IMG/VR virus record: IMGVR_UViG_3300032218_001494
Location: 1-32,259 of that record
Direction: 5' to 3' (one strand)
DNA length: 32,259 bases
From: a virus
Lineage: Duplodnaviria; Caudoviricetes
Shown: positions 23,335-31,804 of the stretch, in pieces
Numbering within the stretch: position 1 is the stretch's first letter
Layout: the number at the start of each line of letters is the position of its first letter
Position numbers and translations under genes: made by a program
The notes under the pieces: generated by a model
Told to the model about the DNA's origin: nothing
What the model saw: the letters and a program-made list of their open reading frames with translations, nothing else
The model's database searches: none

Positions 23335-23885
23335 TAACCATCCGAATTATCTGGCGTATCAGATTTAGTTACATACTTATTATAAGCTGCCACCCAATTT
23401 GTAGCAATCATTTTTTGTGCATTTGCAAGCTTTATTGTTCCATCACAAACCAAACGTTTTAGAGCTGTTTCTGCAACATCTTTCTTACGTGCACCATTTC
23501 CAAAATATGGTTCTGGCCATAGATTTTTTGAATCTGATGGGTCTCCACCCAATTGCAATGAAATTAAATGATCTTCTTCATATGCAGACATTTCTGGACC
23601 CCAAATTGCTATATAAGATTTATATGTAGTCTTTAATTGTTCTGCTTTAAGTTTATTTGTATAAGTTACTGTTGGACGAATTGTTGCAGTCCATCCAGAT
23701 TTACACACTGTTGTTTTAATATTGTCTTGTGTAACTGATTTATTTAATGCTCCTGGTGTTACTTTTTTATCTTGTATAACCCATTCTTTTGAAATAGCTT
23801 TTGTTTCTGCTAATGCATTAAATCCAGAAAATGTAGTAAATGCAATTACTAATCCAAGTAGTCCTGCTGTTAATTTATTATTCAT
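23334..23885 (-). CDS. Secreted protein with HNH-like domain
   Basis: Signal peptide; YEEDHLISLQLGG.....NLWPEP...K...E..L...VC.G. Confidence 0.75.
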   Translation of the reverse strand: MNNKLTAGLLGLVIAFTTFSGFNALAETKAISKEWVIQDKKVTPGALNKSVTQDNIKTTVCKSGWTATIRPTVTYTNKLKAEQLKTTYKSYIAIWGPEMSAYEEDHLISLQLGGDPSDSKNLWPEPYFGNGARKKDVAETALKRLVCDGTIKLANAQKMIATNWVAAYNKYVTKSDTPDNSDG

Positions 23886-24025
23886 TTATTCCCCTTAGCT
23901 TTTTGACCACGATATCCAGTTTTCTTTTTATTCATTGATCCTGGCTTTTTATATCCAGCACCATTTGGAGTTGTTGCAATTCTTTGCTCTAATGCTTTTT
24001 TAATTTTGTCGTGGTGCTTGGCCAT
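23882..24025 (-). CDS. 47-aa basic protein
   Basis: AAGGA RBS; G.GYKKPGS motif; ATGA coupling. Confidence 0.6.
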   Translation of the reverse strand: MAKHHDKIKKALEQRIATTPNGAGYKKPGSMNKKKTGYRGQKAKGNK

Positions 24026-24143
24026 GTTCTATTATCCTTACTATATATCTAATGACTTCGTATGGTCTCCAGTATGGAGGCAACTCTAAATATCTTATTT
24101 CGTCCGCTATTTCTTTTCTTATTTTTTCTTGTATGTATTCCAC
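24000..24143 (-). CDS. 47-aa hypothetical, leaderless GTG start
   Basis: TAGAAT 6 nt before GTG. Confidence 0.45.
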   Translation of the reverse strand: MEYIQEKIRKEIADEIRYLELPPYWRPYEVIRYIVRIIEHGQAPRQN

Positions 24144-24168
24144 TGTACTATTCTAGCATTTAAAAAAT

Positions 24169-24201
24169 AAAGGGGCAAGACCGTTAGATCCTGCCCCTTT
24201 A
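24169..24201 (-). terminator. Intrinsic terminator
   Basis: AAAGGGGCA...TGCCCCTTT with A/T tails. Confidence 0.7.
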
Positions 24202-24211
24202 AATTAAATAT

Positions 24212-25276
24212 TTACTTCTTTAGTGCAACCTTAGCCTTTGGATTAGCCTTGTTCCACTTTGTAGCTAGAGCATTAAACTCTGCCTTATATGCTGCTGCTG
24301 CAAGATCTGCAGAAGCTTTTGCCTGTGCAAGTTCAACTGCGGCCACAGCCTTTGAATCTGCAAGGGCTTTGTCTGCTGCTAACTTGTCTGCTGCACGTCC
24401 AGCTTTTTCTGTTGCTAGATCTGCTGCTGCTTTAGCTGCTGCATCTGCAAGAGCCTTGGCTGCTGCTGAAGCATCCGCTAGGCGTCCAGCTTTTTCTGTT
24501 GCTAGAGCAGTTGCAAGGTCAGAAACTGTTACAAACTTTGTAACAGACTTAACTGCTACTGGAAGTCCGTCAACATCTGTTGCCGTAATTGCAAAATTTA
24601 CTGCTGCATTCCCCGCTACTGCAGGATATGTAACTGTAACCTTTGAAATACCAGTTGTAGCATCTGATGCTGCTGATGCAACTGAAACTGTTGCGCCAAT
24701 TACTGTAACTACTGGTGTAGTTGCTGTTGGAATATTACCAAATACGTCTGTAACCTTTGTTGAATACTCAATAACGCTTGAAGTATTTGTAGAATCTGCA
24801 ACTGTTGTAGAAAGGTTATATGCAGGACCTGCGGTACCCTTTACATAATAAACATATGCATTACCAGCATTAATAATTGTTACTGTACCTGTAGCAGTTG
24901 ATTTTGTGTAAACATAAAATTCTGCTGTTGTTCCTGTTCCAGTGTTAACTGTATATGAGGTTAATCCTGAAGCAGATGTAACTGGGGAAGTTGATACCCA
25001 TAGTGCTGGAACAATAAATGCTCCTGATGTTGATATAGTAACTGCTGTTCCTGTATCAATACCTGTTAGGGCAAACTTTACTGCGTCTGCAGCGTCTACC
25101 TTATTATCAGATGGAACAGTTACAACTGCCGCACCTGCGAATGTATTTGCATCTGTATCTGCAACTGTGTTAACAGATACTGAAATAGTAGGTACTGCAT
25201 ATGCAGAAACCGTACTAAGAACTGTACCAGCCAAGGCTGCAGCGATGACTAGACTTACTTTCTTAAATGAGTTCAT
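24212..25276 (-). CDS. Secreted surface protein, Thr/Val-rich beta domains plus Ala-rich coiled coil
   Basis: Signal peptide ending AYA; AAGGAG RBS; repeated DLA...ATEKAGR. Confidence 0.8.
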   Translation of the reverse strand: MNSFKKVSLVIAAALAGTVLSTVSAYAVPTISVSVNTVADTDANTFAGAAVVTVPSDNKVDAADAVKFALTGIDTGTAVTISTSGAFIVPALWVSTSPVTSASGLTSYTVNTGTGTTAEFYVYTKSTATGTVTIINAGNAYVYYVKGTAGPAYNLSTTVADSTNTSSVIEYSTKVTDVFGNIPTATTPVVTVIGATVSVASAASDATTGISKVTVTYPAVAGNAAVNFAITATDVDGLPVAVKSVTKFVTVSDLATALATEKAGRLADASAAAKALADAAAKAAADLATEKAGRAADKLAADKALADSKAVAAVELAQAKASADLAAAAYKAEFNALATKWNKANPKAKVALKK

Positions 25277-25373
25277 TTAATTTATTCTCCTTATTTCCTC
25301 TGCCTCTTTTTGAGCACAGAAACTTGTGATAGTTCACACTATGTAAGACACTTATAAAATTAAAATGTTGTTA

Positions 25374-25562
25374 CTAGTGTAATTCAATTACTTTTACATG
25401 GAAAGAACACGGATCCCCGCCTTCTTCCCATTCTTGCATTTCTTCATCGTCCATTGGTGCAGCATCATGTGTATTACAAAATACATCTGATATCCACCCA
25501 CGATCATAACCGTTTTTAAGCCAGATTTCAAATTCTAAAAAATCTGCATCCTCTACAGCCAT
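25374..25562 (-). CDS. Hypothetical actinophage protein (C.THD...GGDPC)
   Basis: Motif; overlap with trx. Confidence 0.75.
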   Translation of the reverse strand: MAVEDADFLEFEIWLKNGYDRGWISDVFCNTHDAAPMDDEEMQEWEEGGDPCSFHVKVIELH

Positions 25563-25855
25563 TCTGAAAGCTCCTTTAGCATAATATGTTTGGGCTTTGC
25601 ACCAACTATACTATGAACTGTTTGACCACTTTTAAATAATACCATAGTTGGTATCGAAGAAACCCCATATTCAATAGTTTTTTCAGGATTCTCATCAACA
25701 TTTAACTTACCGACGAGTAGCCCTGTCTCATTTGATATCTCATCTAGAATAGGGGAAACTTTTTTACATGGCCCACACCATTCTGCCCAAAAATCAACTA
25801 AGACTAGTTGATTAGAATTGATAACTTCTTCAAAGGATTTATCTGTTACTATCAT
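25553..25855 (-). CDS. trxA: Thioredoxin
   Basis: LVDFWAEWCGPCK, SIPT, GAKPK. Confidence 0.95.
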   Translation of the reverse strand: MIVTDKSFEEVINSNQLVLVDFWAEWCGPCKKVSPILDEISNETGLLVGKLNVDENPEKTIEYGVSSIPTMVLFKSGQTVHSIVGAKPKHIMLKELSEWL

Positions 25856-26322
25856 AGTTTTTCAACATGGGTTGGCCAGTAGTAATTACATGATTCGCAA
25901 CAAGTATATCCCATTTCCTTATAATCTGCAAAATCACTATAGAAGTAATAGTGTTCAGGATTCTTTTCAAACAATCTTCCCTTATGAGTATAATGCAATT
26001 GATCGTTATTTAACCACCATGGTGCATCAGACTCTAATCCTAAGAAATTTTCTTGATATATCTCATCAAACTGGATGTGCGTGGTGTTTTTATAACCACG
26101 TAGGATAATCTCCTTAATGATGGCTTCGTTGTAGAGGAATAGAAAATCTTCGTGTCCCCTCCACATTTTGACTGCTGGGTGATTGCCCCAAGCTCCAGAC
26201 TCATACATCCCTGAAAGAGATTTAAGAATCTGTAAGTTTTCTACACTCTGTTTAATTAATCTTTTTCTATCAAGATTCTTTGCAGTATATTGAAAGTCCG
26301 CCTCTGGTAAGAATGTTTGCAT
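25852..26322 (-). CDS. Pyrimidine-dimer DNA glycosylase-like (MSMEG_6728 family)
   Basis: MQTFLP...LD.KRL.KQ.VE..Q...HPAV.MW.G...RGY...PWW...H...L; TTGACT-N17-TAGAAT-N7-ATG leaderless. Confidence 0.85.
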   Translation of the reverse strand: MQTFLPEADFQYTAKNLDRKRLIKQSVENLQILKSLSGMYESGAWGNHPAVKMWRGHEDFLFLYNEAIIKEIILRGYKNTTHIQFDEIYQENFLGLESDAPWWLNNDQLHYTHKGRLFEKNPEHYYFYSDFADYKEMGYTCCESCNYYWPTHVEKL

Positions 26323-26360
26323 GATACCTATTCTACTAAATAGATCAAGGCTAGTCAATA

Positions 26361-26573
26361 CTAGTCTTGGTTTTGAAGTTGTTCTGCTGCCTCATTAATT
26401 TTATCCATATACATTTGAATAACAAATATAGTTGTTTCTGCAGCATTTGCTGCTAATGGCGCTAATGATTCATCAGACTGTTGATCTTGTGGAACATTAT
26501 TTACCCATTTTTGAAATAAAGCTAACTTAATTTCATCAATGATTCCTTCAAGAATAGTTACTTGGCTAGCCAT
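26361..26573 (-). CDS. Hypothetical helical protein
   Basis: ORF track, overlap. Confidence 0.65.
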   Translation of the reverse strand: MASQVTILEGIIDEIKLALFQKWVNNVPQDQQSDESLAPLAANAAETTIFVIQMYMDKINEAAEQLQNQD

Positions 26574-27480
26574 TTAATGCGCCATCCAAATCAATTAGTT
26601 TACCTGAGCCATGTTTACCACTTCTAGCAGCAGTAGATGTTTTGCTCATTAATTCTAAAATTTGAGTCGAATTTAAATTAGGTTTTGCAATTTTAAGTGC
26701 AACATACTGGGCTGCAGCTACTTGAGTTGCAGTGGAAGTTCCTACTTTATTACCAACGGTTCCGTCTGGTGAAGTCAAGCGCATAGTTCCCATAGCAACA
26801 AAATCTAACAAAATTGGATCGTAGTTACTATATAAAGCCATTCCGTTTGTATTATCAATTGAACCAATTGAAATAGTTTCTGGAACACATGCTGGCCAGT
26901 TAATTTTTGTATAATTTGATTCATTACCTGCTGGAACAAATACTGGAATCTCATTACCTAACAACAATTTTACTGTGGCATTGAAATTAGATAATACTGG
27001 ACAATAATTTACTCCAGGCATTGAATATGAGTTACCCTGTGACATTGAAATTGCTTGAATGTTAAATTTAGATTTATTAGCATTTACCCAATTAAGTGCA
27101 TTTACTAGTCCAGCCTCACCAACTGATTGTCTAACTCCGCCTAAAGTACTTCCAATTATACGAACAAAAACAATTTTAATATTTGGGTTTGCCAAAATTG
27201 CTGCAGATGCCATTTGAGTTCCATGATCAAATCCATTATTGTTGATATATGGTGCTTGCATTACTGCGGATCCTGGCCCCCCCATAAAAGATTTGCCGTT
27301 AGGACAAGAGTTCCATTCAAGAACACATGCCTCATAAACTATCTTATCTTTAAAGATAGGAAGGGATGTATTGATTGCTGTATCTAAAATTGCCAACGTA
27401 GGTGGCACTGGATCTGCAGCTTTTGCAGAAATTGGTATTAGTAATGATATTGATATTAGTGTTATTAGTATTTTTTTCAT
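26566..27480 (-). CDS. Secreted subtilisin-like (S8) serine protease
   Basis: Signal peptide; ILDT, HGT, AGN, GTS motifs. Confidence 0.9.
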   Translation of the reverse strand: MKKILITLISISLLIPISAKAADPVPPTLAILDTAINTSLPIFKDKIVYEACVLEWNSCPNGKSFMGGPGSAVMQAPYINNNGFDHGTQMASAAILANPNIKIVFVRIIGSTLGGVRQSVGEAGLVNALNWVNANKSKFNIQAISMSQGNSYSMPGVNYCPVLSNFNATVKLLLGNEIPVFVPAGNESNYTKINWPACVPETISIGSIDNTNGMALYSNYDPILLDFVAMGTMRLTSPDGTVGNKVGTSTATQVAAAQYVALKIAKPNLNSTQILELMSKTSTAARSGKHGSGKLIDLDGALNG

Positions 27481-27511
27481 ACTTTAATAATACTAAAAGA
27501 GTCTAGATCTG

Positions 27512-27682
27512 TCAAGACTCTTTATTAAAACGGCGATCATACCACTTACCAGCATCTAATTCTGGTTCTGGTAGATTGTTGGCTTCAAGTAGTGTCTTGA
27601 GCATAGAGTTTAATATCTCTACTTCAAATTCTAATCTAAGTATCTGAAACTCAGCTAATCTAAGTCTTTCTGATTTTCTCAT
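27512..27682 (-). CDS. Hypothetical coiled-coil protein
   Basis: Likely start MRKSER via TAATG coupling. Confidence 0.65.
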   Translation of the reverse strand: MRKSERLRLAEFQILRLEFEVEILNSMLKTLLEANNLPEPELDAGKWYDRRFNKES

Positions 27683-27873
27683 TATTCCATACTCTCTCTG
27701 TCTAGTGGCGTTGGAGCGGTCAATAAAGTACCACAATTAACGCATTGCATATCTAAAAAATAAGTAGCTATCTCATAATCTTCAAAGATAGCTCTTATAA
27801 AAAATTGTTCTGAACCACAAGGGCATACGTGTGTTGGTGTGCCTCTTAAATCCATTGCTTGATCAAAGTTCAT
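27682..27873 (-). CDS. Zinc-ribbon protein
   Basis: DLRG.PTHVCPCG...C..CG...TAPTP; leaderless. Confidence 0.8.
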   Translation of the reverse strand: MNFDQAMDLRGTPTHVCPCGSEQFFIRAIFEDYEIATYFLDMQCVNCGTLLTAPTPLDRESME

Positions 27874-27888
27874 ATAATCAATTATACT

Positions 27889-28446
27889 CTAGACCTGAAT
27901 GTATGTAAAGGGTGCTGACACGCTCATTGAAAACTCTGCTGCAGCTTCAAGCGCAAGCTTCATTCTCATTTTAGGATTCTTTTGATGTTTTGTAGCATGT
28001 AGGGCGCCAAGCGCAAACATTCCGCCTGAACCTTCTGCCATATAATTAACTATATTTTCACCCACGTGAAAGTCTTCATCTATAGTAAAAATTCTGCCTT
28101 GAACACCTATTATAAATATTCCGCCCTCATCCTCTTGTCCAGCTTGAGACACGCTACCAAAACCTTCTGCCCTGAATACATCTTTAACTGAATCAATAAA
28201 CTTAGTTCTCATAAATTTATCTAATCCAGAATTTGTTTTTGTTGGCATATAAACTGGTGGTTTCCATGAATATTGTAAAATTTGTCCCATTCTAAATGAA
28301 TCTGTGAATGCGACTCCATATTGACCAACTTTAAAAACCTTGGGTTCTTTTCTTCTCATGATCCAACCGCTTTTTTCTTCAGATGCTGCATGATCGGAAC
28401 CCATATAAACAATACCGTTTTGGGCAATAGCTACTATACACGTCAT
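27889..28446 (-). CDS. Ntn-hydrolase, HslV/proteasome-beta-like protease
   Basis: N-terminal Thr (MTCIV), G.D, PKVF, GSG..FALGAL; leaderless. Confidence 0.85.
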   Translation of the reverse strand: MTCIVAIAQNGIVYMGSDHAASEEKSGWIMRRKEPKVFKVGQYGVAFTDSFRMGQILQYSWKPPVYMPTKTNSGLDKFMRTKFIDSVKDVFRAEGFGSVSQAGQEDEGGIFIIGVQGRIFTIDEDFHVGENIVNYMAEGSGGMFALGALHATKHQKNPKMRMKLALEAAAEFSMSVSAPFTYIQV

Positions 28447-28478
28447 ATTACTAGTATACTATTTATATATTTTGGGGT

Positions 28479-28793
28479 CTAGCCTTCTAATTCCCTGCAT
28501 TCCATGCTAATTAATGATAAGCTAATTAAAGTTTCTTCGAGCTCAGCCCTTACTGAAATTAATTGTTGAAGGGTATTATAATATTTTTCTTTCCAATTAT
28601 CTAAATCTTTTTCTAATTCAAATAATTGAATTTTAAGATCTTTTAAATCCATTTTTAATTGATCGTGATATCGTTCTTTTTGGCGAATTTTTTCTTTTTT
28701 ATTATCACCATATGAAGAAACTATTGCTGTTCCAGCTCCAGATAATACGGAGGCGGCAATAACTATGGCTACGCTATTAGCATCAATTAACAT
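28479..28793 (-). CDS. TM plus coiled-coil protein
   Basis: Hydrophobic N-terminus, heptads, W.EKYY. Confidence 0.7.
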   Translation of the reverse strand: MLIDANSVAIVIAASVLSGAGTAIVSSYGDNKKEKIRQKERYHDQLKMDLKDLKIQLFELEKDLDNWKEKYYNTLQQLISVRAELEETLISLSLISMECRELEG

Positions 28794-28825
28794 TATGTCT
28801 AATTATATCAGTGTATTGAGTCTAA

Positions 28826-29062
28826 TTAGATTAATAATTCAGAAGCTGATATCTCATTTCCAATATAGCGCTTTTTTAATACAAAATCTCTTACTGCCTC
28901 TGGTCCTAATTGACGGCCTGCCAAAATAATGATCCAGCGTGGTTCAAATCTAGATGTAATGCATGTTTCGCACATTAATAAATTGATCGGAAACAATGTA
29001 GATTTTCTTACATTTAACTTATTCTTAGTCTTATTGCAAGAATAACATAGTACGTTGTCCAT
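28826..29062 (-). CDS. Zinc-binding hypothetical protein
   Basis: CYSC...CETC...EPRW. Confidence 0.75.
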   Translation of the reverse strand: MDNVLCYSCNKTKNKLNVRKSTLFPINLLMCETCITSRFEPRWIIILAGRQLGPEAVRDFVLKKRYIGNEISASELLI

Positions 29063-29259
29063 TAGTCTTCTTCCTCTGTGTGTTCAAACACTATTTCATC
29101 AATAATAGAAAACTCTTCATTTTCTAAATTTACTTCATAGCTAATACCATTTTTTTGGTATTTAACCTTGGATGCAAATGCCCCCATTTTATCTATAGTT
29201 CCGTATACAGCCTCTTCATGAATAAATACAACAACTACACGATCATAATATTCTTTCAC
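29062..29259 (-). CDS. Hypothetical protein
   Basis: Coupled ORF. Confidence 0.65.
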   Translation of the reverse strand: MKEYYDRVVVVFIHEEAVYGTIDKMGAFASKVKYQKNGISYEVNLENEEFSIIDEIVFEHTEEED

Positions 29260-29560
29260 TTGGTTGACCTTCCAGTTCGCATCTTACTCCATAGGATTCT
29301 ATTAACTTCTTTACTTTTGTAACACAATCAATTACCATCTCTTTTTTGAGACCGTCAAATTGTATAAAGTTATCTTCGTATAATCTTATAGCTAAAAATT
29401 CTGGATATTGAACAATATCCATCTGCAAACTAGGAAAATCTTTTTTTAAAGCCCTGACTCCCAAGGCCATTTCTTTATTATAAAATACTGGCTTATTTGG
29501 TTCGCCATTCCATTGGTTAATCCCATATTTAAAATGATCTTTATCTTTATCAATGAACAT
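29243..29560 (-). CDS. Hypothetical protein
   Basis: Coupled ORF. Confidence 0.75.
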   Translation of the reverse strand: MFIDKDKDHFKYGINQWNGEPNKPVFYNKEMALGVRALKKDFPSLQMDIVQYPEFLAIRLYEDNFIQFDGLKKEMVIDCVTKVKKLIESYGVRCELEGQPSERIL

Positions 29561-29861
29561 TTTTTTGCTTTAACCTCTTCCATACATCTGGCTTTTTATG
29601 TAGATTTCTGATTTTATCTATTAGGCCAGCATTTAAATAAATGCCTCCCCAAACTCCATATTCATTATTTTCAACACCTGTATCGTAGCAAATTTTCATT
29701 ACTGGACAAGAAAGGCACATTTCATCAATATTCTTTGATGTATTAATATCTATCTCATATTTGTCAAAAAATAAATTGGTATCCATTCCTGCACAAATTG
29801 CAAGGTGCTGCCAATCAAAATCTTTTTCATCTACTCCGAGATCATTTAAAATATTTGACAT
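29550..29861 (-). CDS. whiB: WhiB-family Fe-S transcription regulator
   Basis: W...A.C...D..LFF...CLSCPV...C...GVWGG. Confidence 0.92.
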   Translation of the reverse strand: MSNILNDLGVDEKDFDWQHLAICAGMDTNLFFDKYEIDINTSKNIDEMCLSCPVMKICYDTGVENNEYGVWGGIYLNAGLIDKIRNLHKKPDVWKRLKQKNVH

Positions 29862-30075
29862 ATTTTTTTGGTAGAACCCAAGTTCCTCTATTATTAACTG
29901 AAATCTTTTCAGCTATTCCCCAGGCATTTTTTCTAAACATACCCTTTATATTGGTAAATCCTGTAGAGTCTTTTCGCCAAATAACTAAATCATAATTGTC
30001 CCAGTGTGGGTCTAAAATATTGGATTTTGATTTATTTATAAATATTTCTACACCTAGCGTATTTAAATGTAACAT
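29842..30075 (-). CDS. Hypothetical protein
   Basis: First gene after promoter; AGGA RBS. Confidence 0.75.
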   Translation of the reverse strand: MLHLNTLGVEIFINKSKSNILDPHWDNYDLVIWRKDSTGFTNIKGMFRKNAWGIAEKISVNNRGTWVLPKKYVKYFK

Positions 30076-30113
30076 TTTATCCTAAATAGTAAAGCGTAGC
30101 ATCCCTATGTATT

Positions 30114-30143
30114 ATTATACATGAAATGCTAAGCCCCTGTCAA
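30114..30143 (-). promoter_or_regulatory. Sigma-A-type promoter of WhiB operon
   Basis: TTGACA-N18-TATAAT. Confidence 0.7.
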
Positions 30144-30156
30144 CTATATTTAACTA

Positions 30157-31104
30157 TTATTTCCAATTATCTGGAAGCATATCTGTTGCTCCCAATGCTC
30201 TAGCACGACGCTTAATGTGCTCTTTTACTTTTGGATCTGCCCCGCCACGACCCCATGAACGAATTGCATTCATTAAATCTGTTTTATTTGCAATTGGATA
30301 TGATCCGTCTGGCATTGCTGCACCAGATTCAGCCATTTGCTTTCTTTGCTTTGAATTAAAATCACGCTTAGTAAGATCAAATGGATCTAATAAGCCTTTC
30401 CAAATACTATCATTATTTTCCATTTTTTCCATTTTCTTTACTGGAACACAATTTGGAACCATTCTTCCGTCTTTTTCCTTCATGCCATCTTGAGTATATC
30501 CAGTCCAACAGGCTTTTTGCATGTTGTCCCATTTGTCCATTTCTTCATTATCTGATTCATAAGACTTGCTCATGCACTTTTCGCATTGATTGCATGAAAT
30601 GCCTTGCTCTTTGCACATTGTGCAATCGCATGCTGCTTTTTCTGTTTCTAATTTAGCCTGACCATCCATTTTAATTAACTCACCTTCTTCTTCAAATATA
30701 ACTGTCTCTGTAATAGGATCAATTATTTCGTTAAGAATAGATTTAATTTCTTCTGATAATTCTTCAGAATCATCATACTTTTTAATATTTTTTTCATGAT
30801 TAACAATATTTCTGCTCCAAGAAAAACCTGAATCTCCACCCCATGCTAACCACATGATATATCCATTTGAAGGATTTGATTGGTTGCCCCAATCTTTTCC
30901 CTTCTTATCAACTTCATGACGTGAAAAGAACGAATACATTCTCTTAACTGTATCTAAAGACAAAGACTCTCCACTTACAATTTGATGTGCACGAGTCCAA
31001 CCTACTGCAGTTCCAGCTCCCTTTGCTTTTCCGTCTTCTTTAAACTTAATAGCCTTACGAGCTGCTGATTTCATGGCTGATGTTGGTGAATATCCAGTTG
31101 CCAT
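30157..31104 (-). CDS. Mosaic protein of head-associated modules
   Basis: GT.VGW.RA.Q...RM.SFF.RH...WGG domain; CW.GY...K.K.G..VPNCV motif; C-terminal DGSYPI...NAI...G...IK.RA..LG...P..W domain. Confidence 0.75.
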   Translation of the reverse strand: MATGYSPTSAMKSAARKAIKFKEDGKAKGAGTAVGWTRAHQIVSGESLSLDTVKRMYSFFSRHEVDKKGKDWGNQSNPSNGYIMWLAWGGDSGFSWSRNIVNHEKNIKKYDDSEELSEEIKSILNEIIDPITETVIFEEEGELIKMDGQAKLETEKAACDCTMCKEQGISCNQCEKCMSKSYESDNEEMDKWDNMQKACWTGYTQDGMKEKDGRMVPNCVPVKKMEKMENNDSIWKGLLDPFDLTKRDFNSKQRKQMAESGAAMPDGSYPIANKTDLMNAIRSWGRGGADPKVKEHIKRRARALGATDMLPDNWK

Positions 31105-31247
31105 TATTTTTCCTTAATCTTAGTAATATAAACATTTTTAATTTCTTCATCTACGCCAAATACGTCGCTAACGTAATCTTTAGCGTCTTCTTCGTTAAAG
31201 GCATTTATTTCCATATCTACCTTTAATTCAACTTTATAAGTGTTCAT
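31104..31247 (-). CDS. 47-aa hypothetical, leaderless
   Basis: TATACT 6 nt before ATG; Y.V...A.NEEDA motif. Confidence 0.6.
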   Translation of the reverse strand: MNTYKVELKVDMEINAFNEEDAKDYVSDVFGVDEEIKNVYITKIKEK

Positions 31248-31274
31248 AATACTAGTATAGCATTTTCTACGTCT

Positions 31275-31622
31275 TTAGTTGTAACTTGGGTCATCTTCTG
31301 GCTTAATTTCTGCCATCGCTGGATTTGCCTCTATAACAATAGGTGCTCCTGATTGACGTGCTTCTACCTGTAGATCTGCAACTGTTTTTGCCTTAGTATC
31401 TACTGAAGCAAATGCTGCGTTAATCTCATCTAATGTGAGCTTTCCATCATCCATAAATGCACGAGCTAATTTTTCAATAACTGCTGCTACTGCTGTTAGA
31501 CCAGCAACCATTACAGCCTTAATTACTGGAATACCAGCAACTGCACCAGCACCAATTACTCCTAGACCAGATGCTGCAAATACTGCAACAATACGCATTA
31601 AAACATTATTTAAACTTTTCAT
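31275..31622 (-). CDS. Membrane protein (holin-like)
   Basis: Two TM segments, DDGKLT.DEIN.AF. Confidence 0.65.
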   Translation of the reverse strand: MKSLNNVLMRIVAVFAASGLGVIGAGAVAGIPVIKAVMVAGLTAVAAVIEKLARAFMDDGKLTLDEINAAFASVDTKAKTVADLQVEARQSGAPIVIEANPAMAEIKPEDDPSYN

Positions 31623-31804
31623 TATTCCTCATTTCTATTTCTAATAGGATAGGTTATAGCCCATGCAATTAATGTACAAATAATTGCATAACCAACAATT
31701 GTTTTTGCACTTCCGTCCAAAACAACCCATGCTATAAACATTCCTAATAGAGTCCAAAGCTGATCGATCATATCTTGAATTACTTTTTTAATATAGTTAA
31801 TCAT
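31622..31804 (-). CDS. Small two-TM protein
   Basis: WTLLGMFIAWVVL.G.AK. Confidence 0.7.
   Translation of the reverse strand: MINYIKKVIQDMIDQLWTLLGMFIAWVVLDGSAKTIVGYAIICTLIAWAITYPIRNRNEE

Noticed and set aside
24249-25280. Long + strand ORFs (199 and 112 aa)
   Set aside because: Antisense shadows of the Ala/Thr/Val-rich surface protein
25325-25338. TGTGA-TAGT-TCACA as CRP site
   Set aside because: Spacer is 4 nt rather than 6
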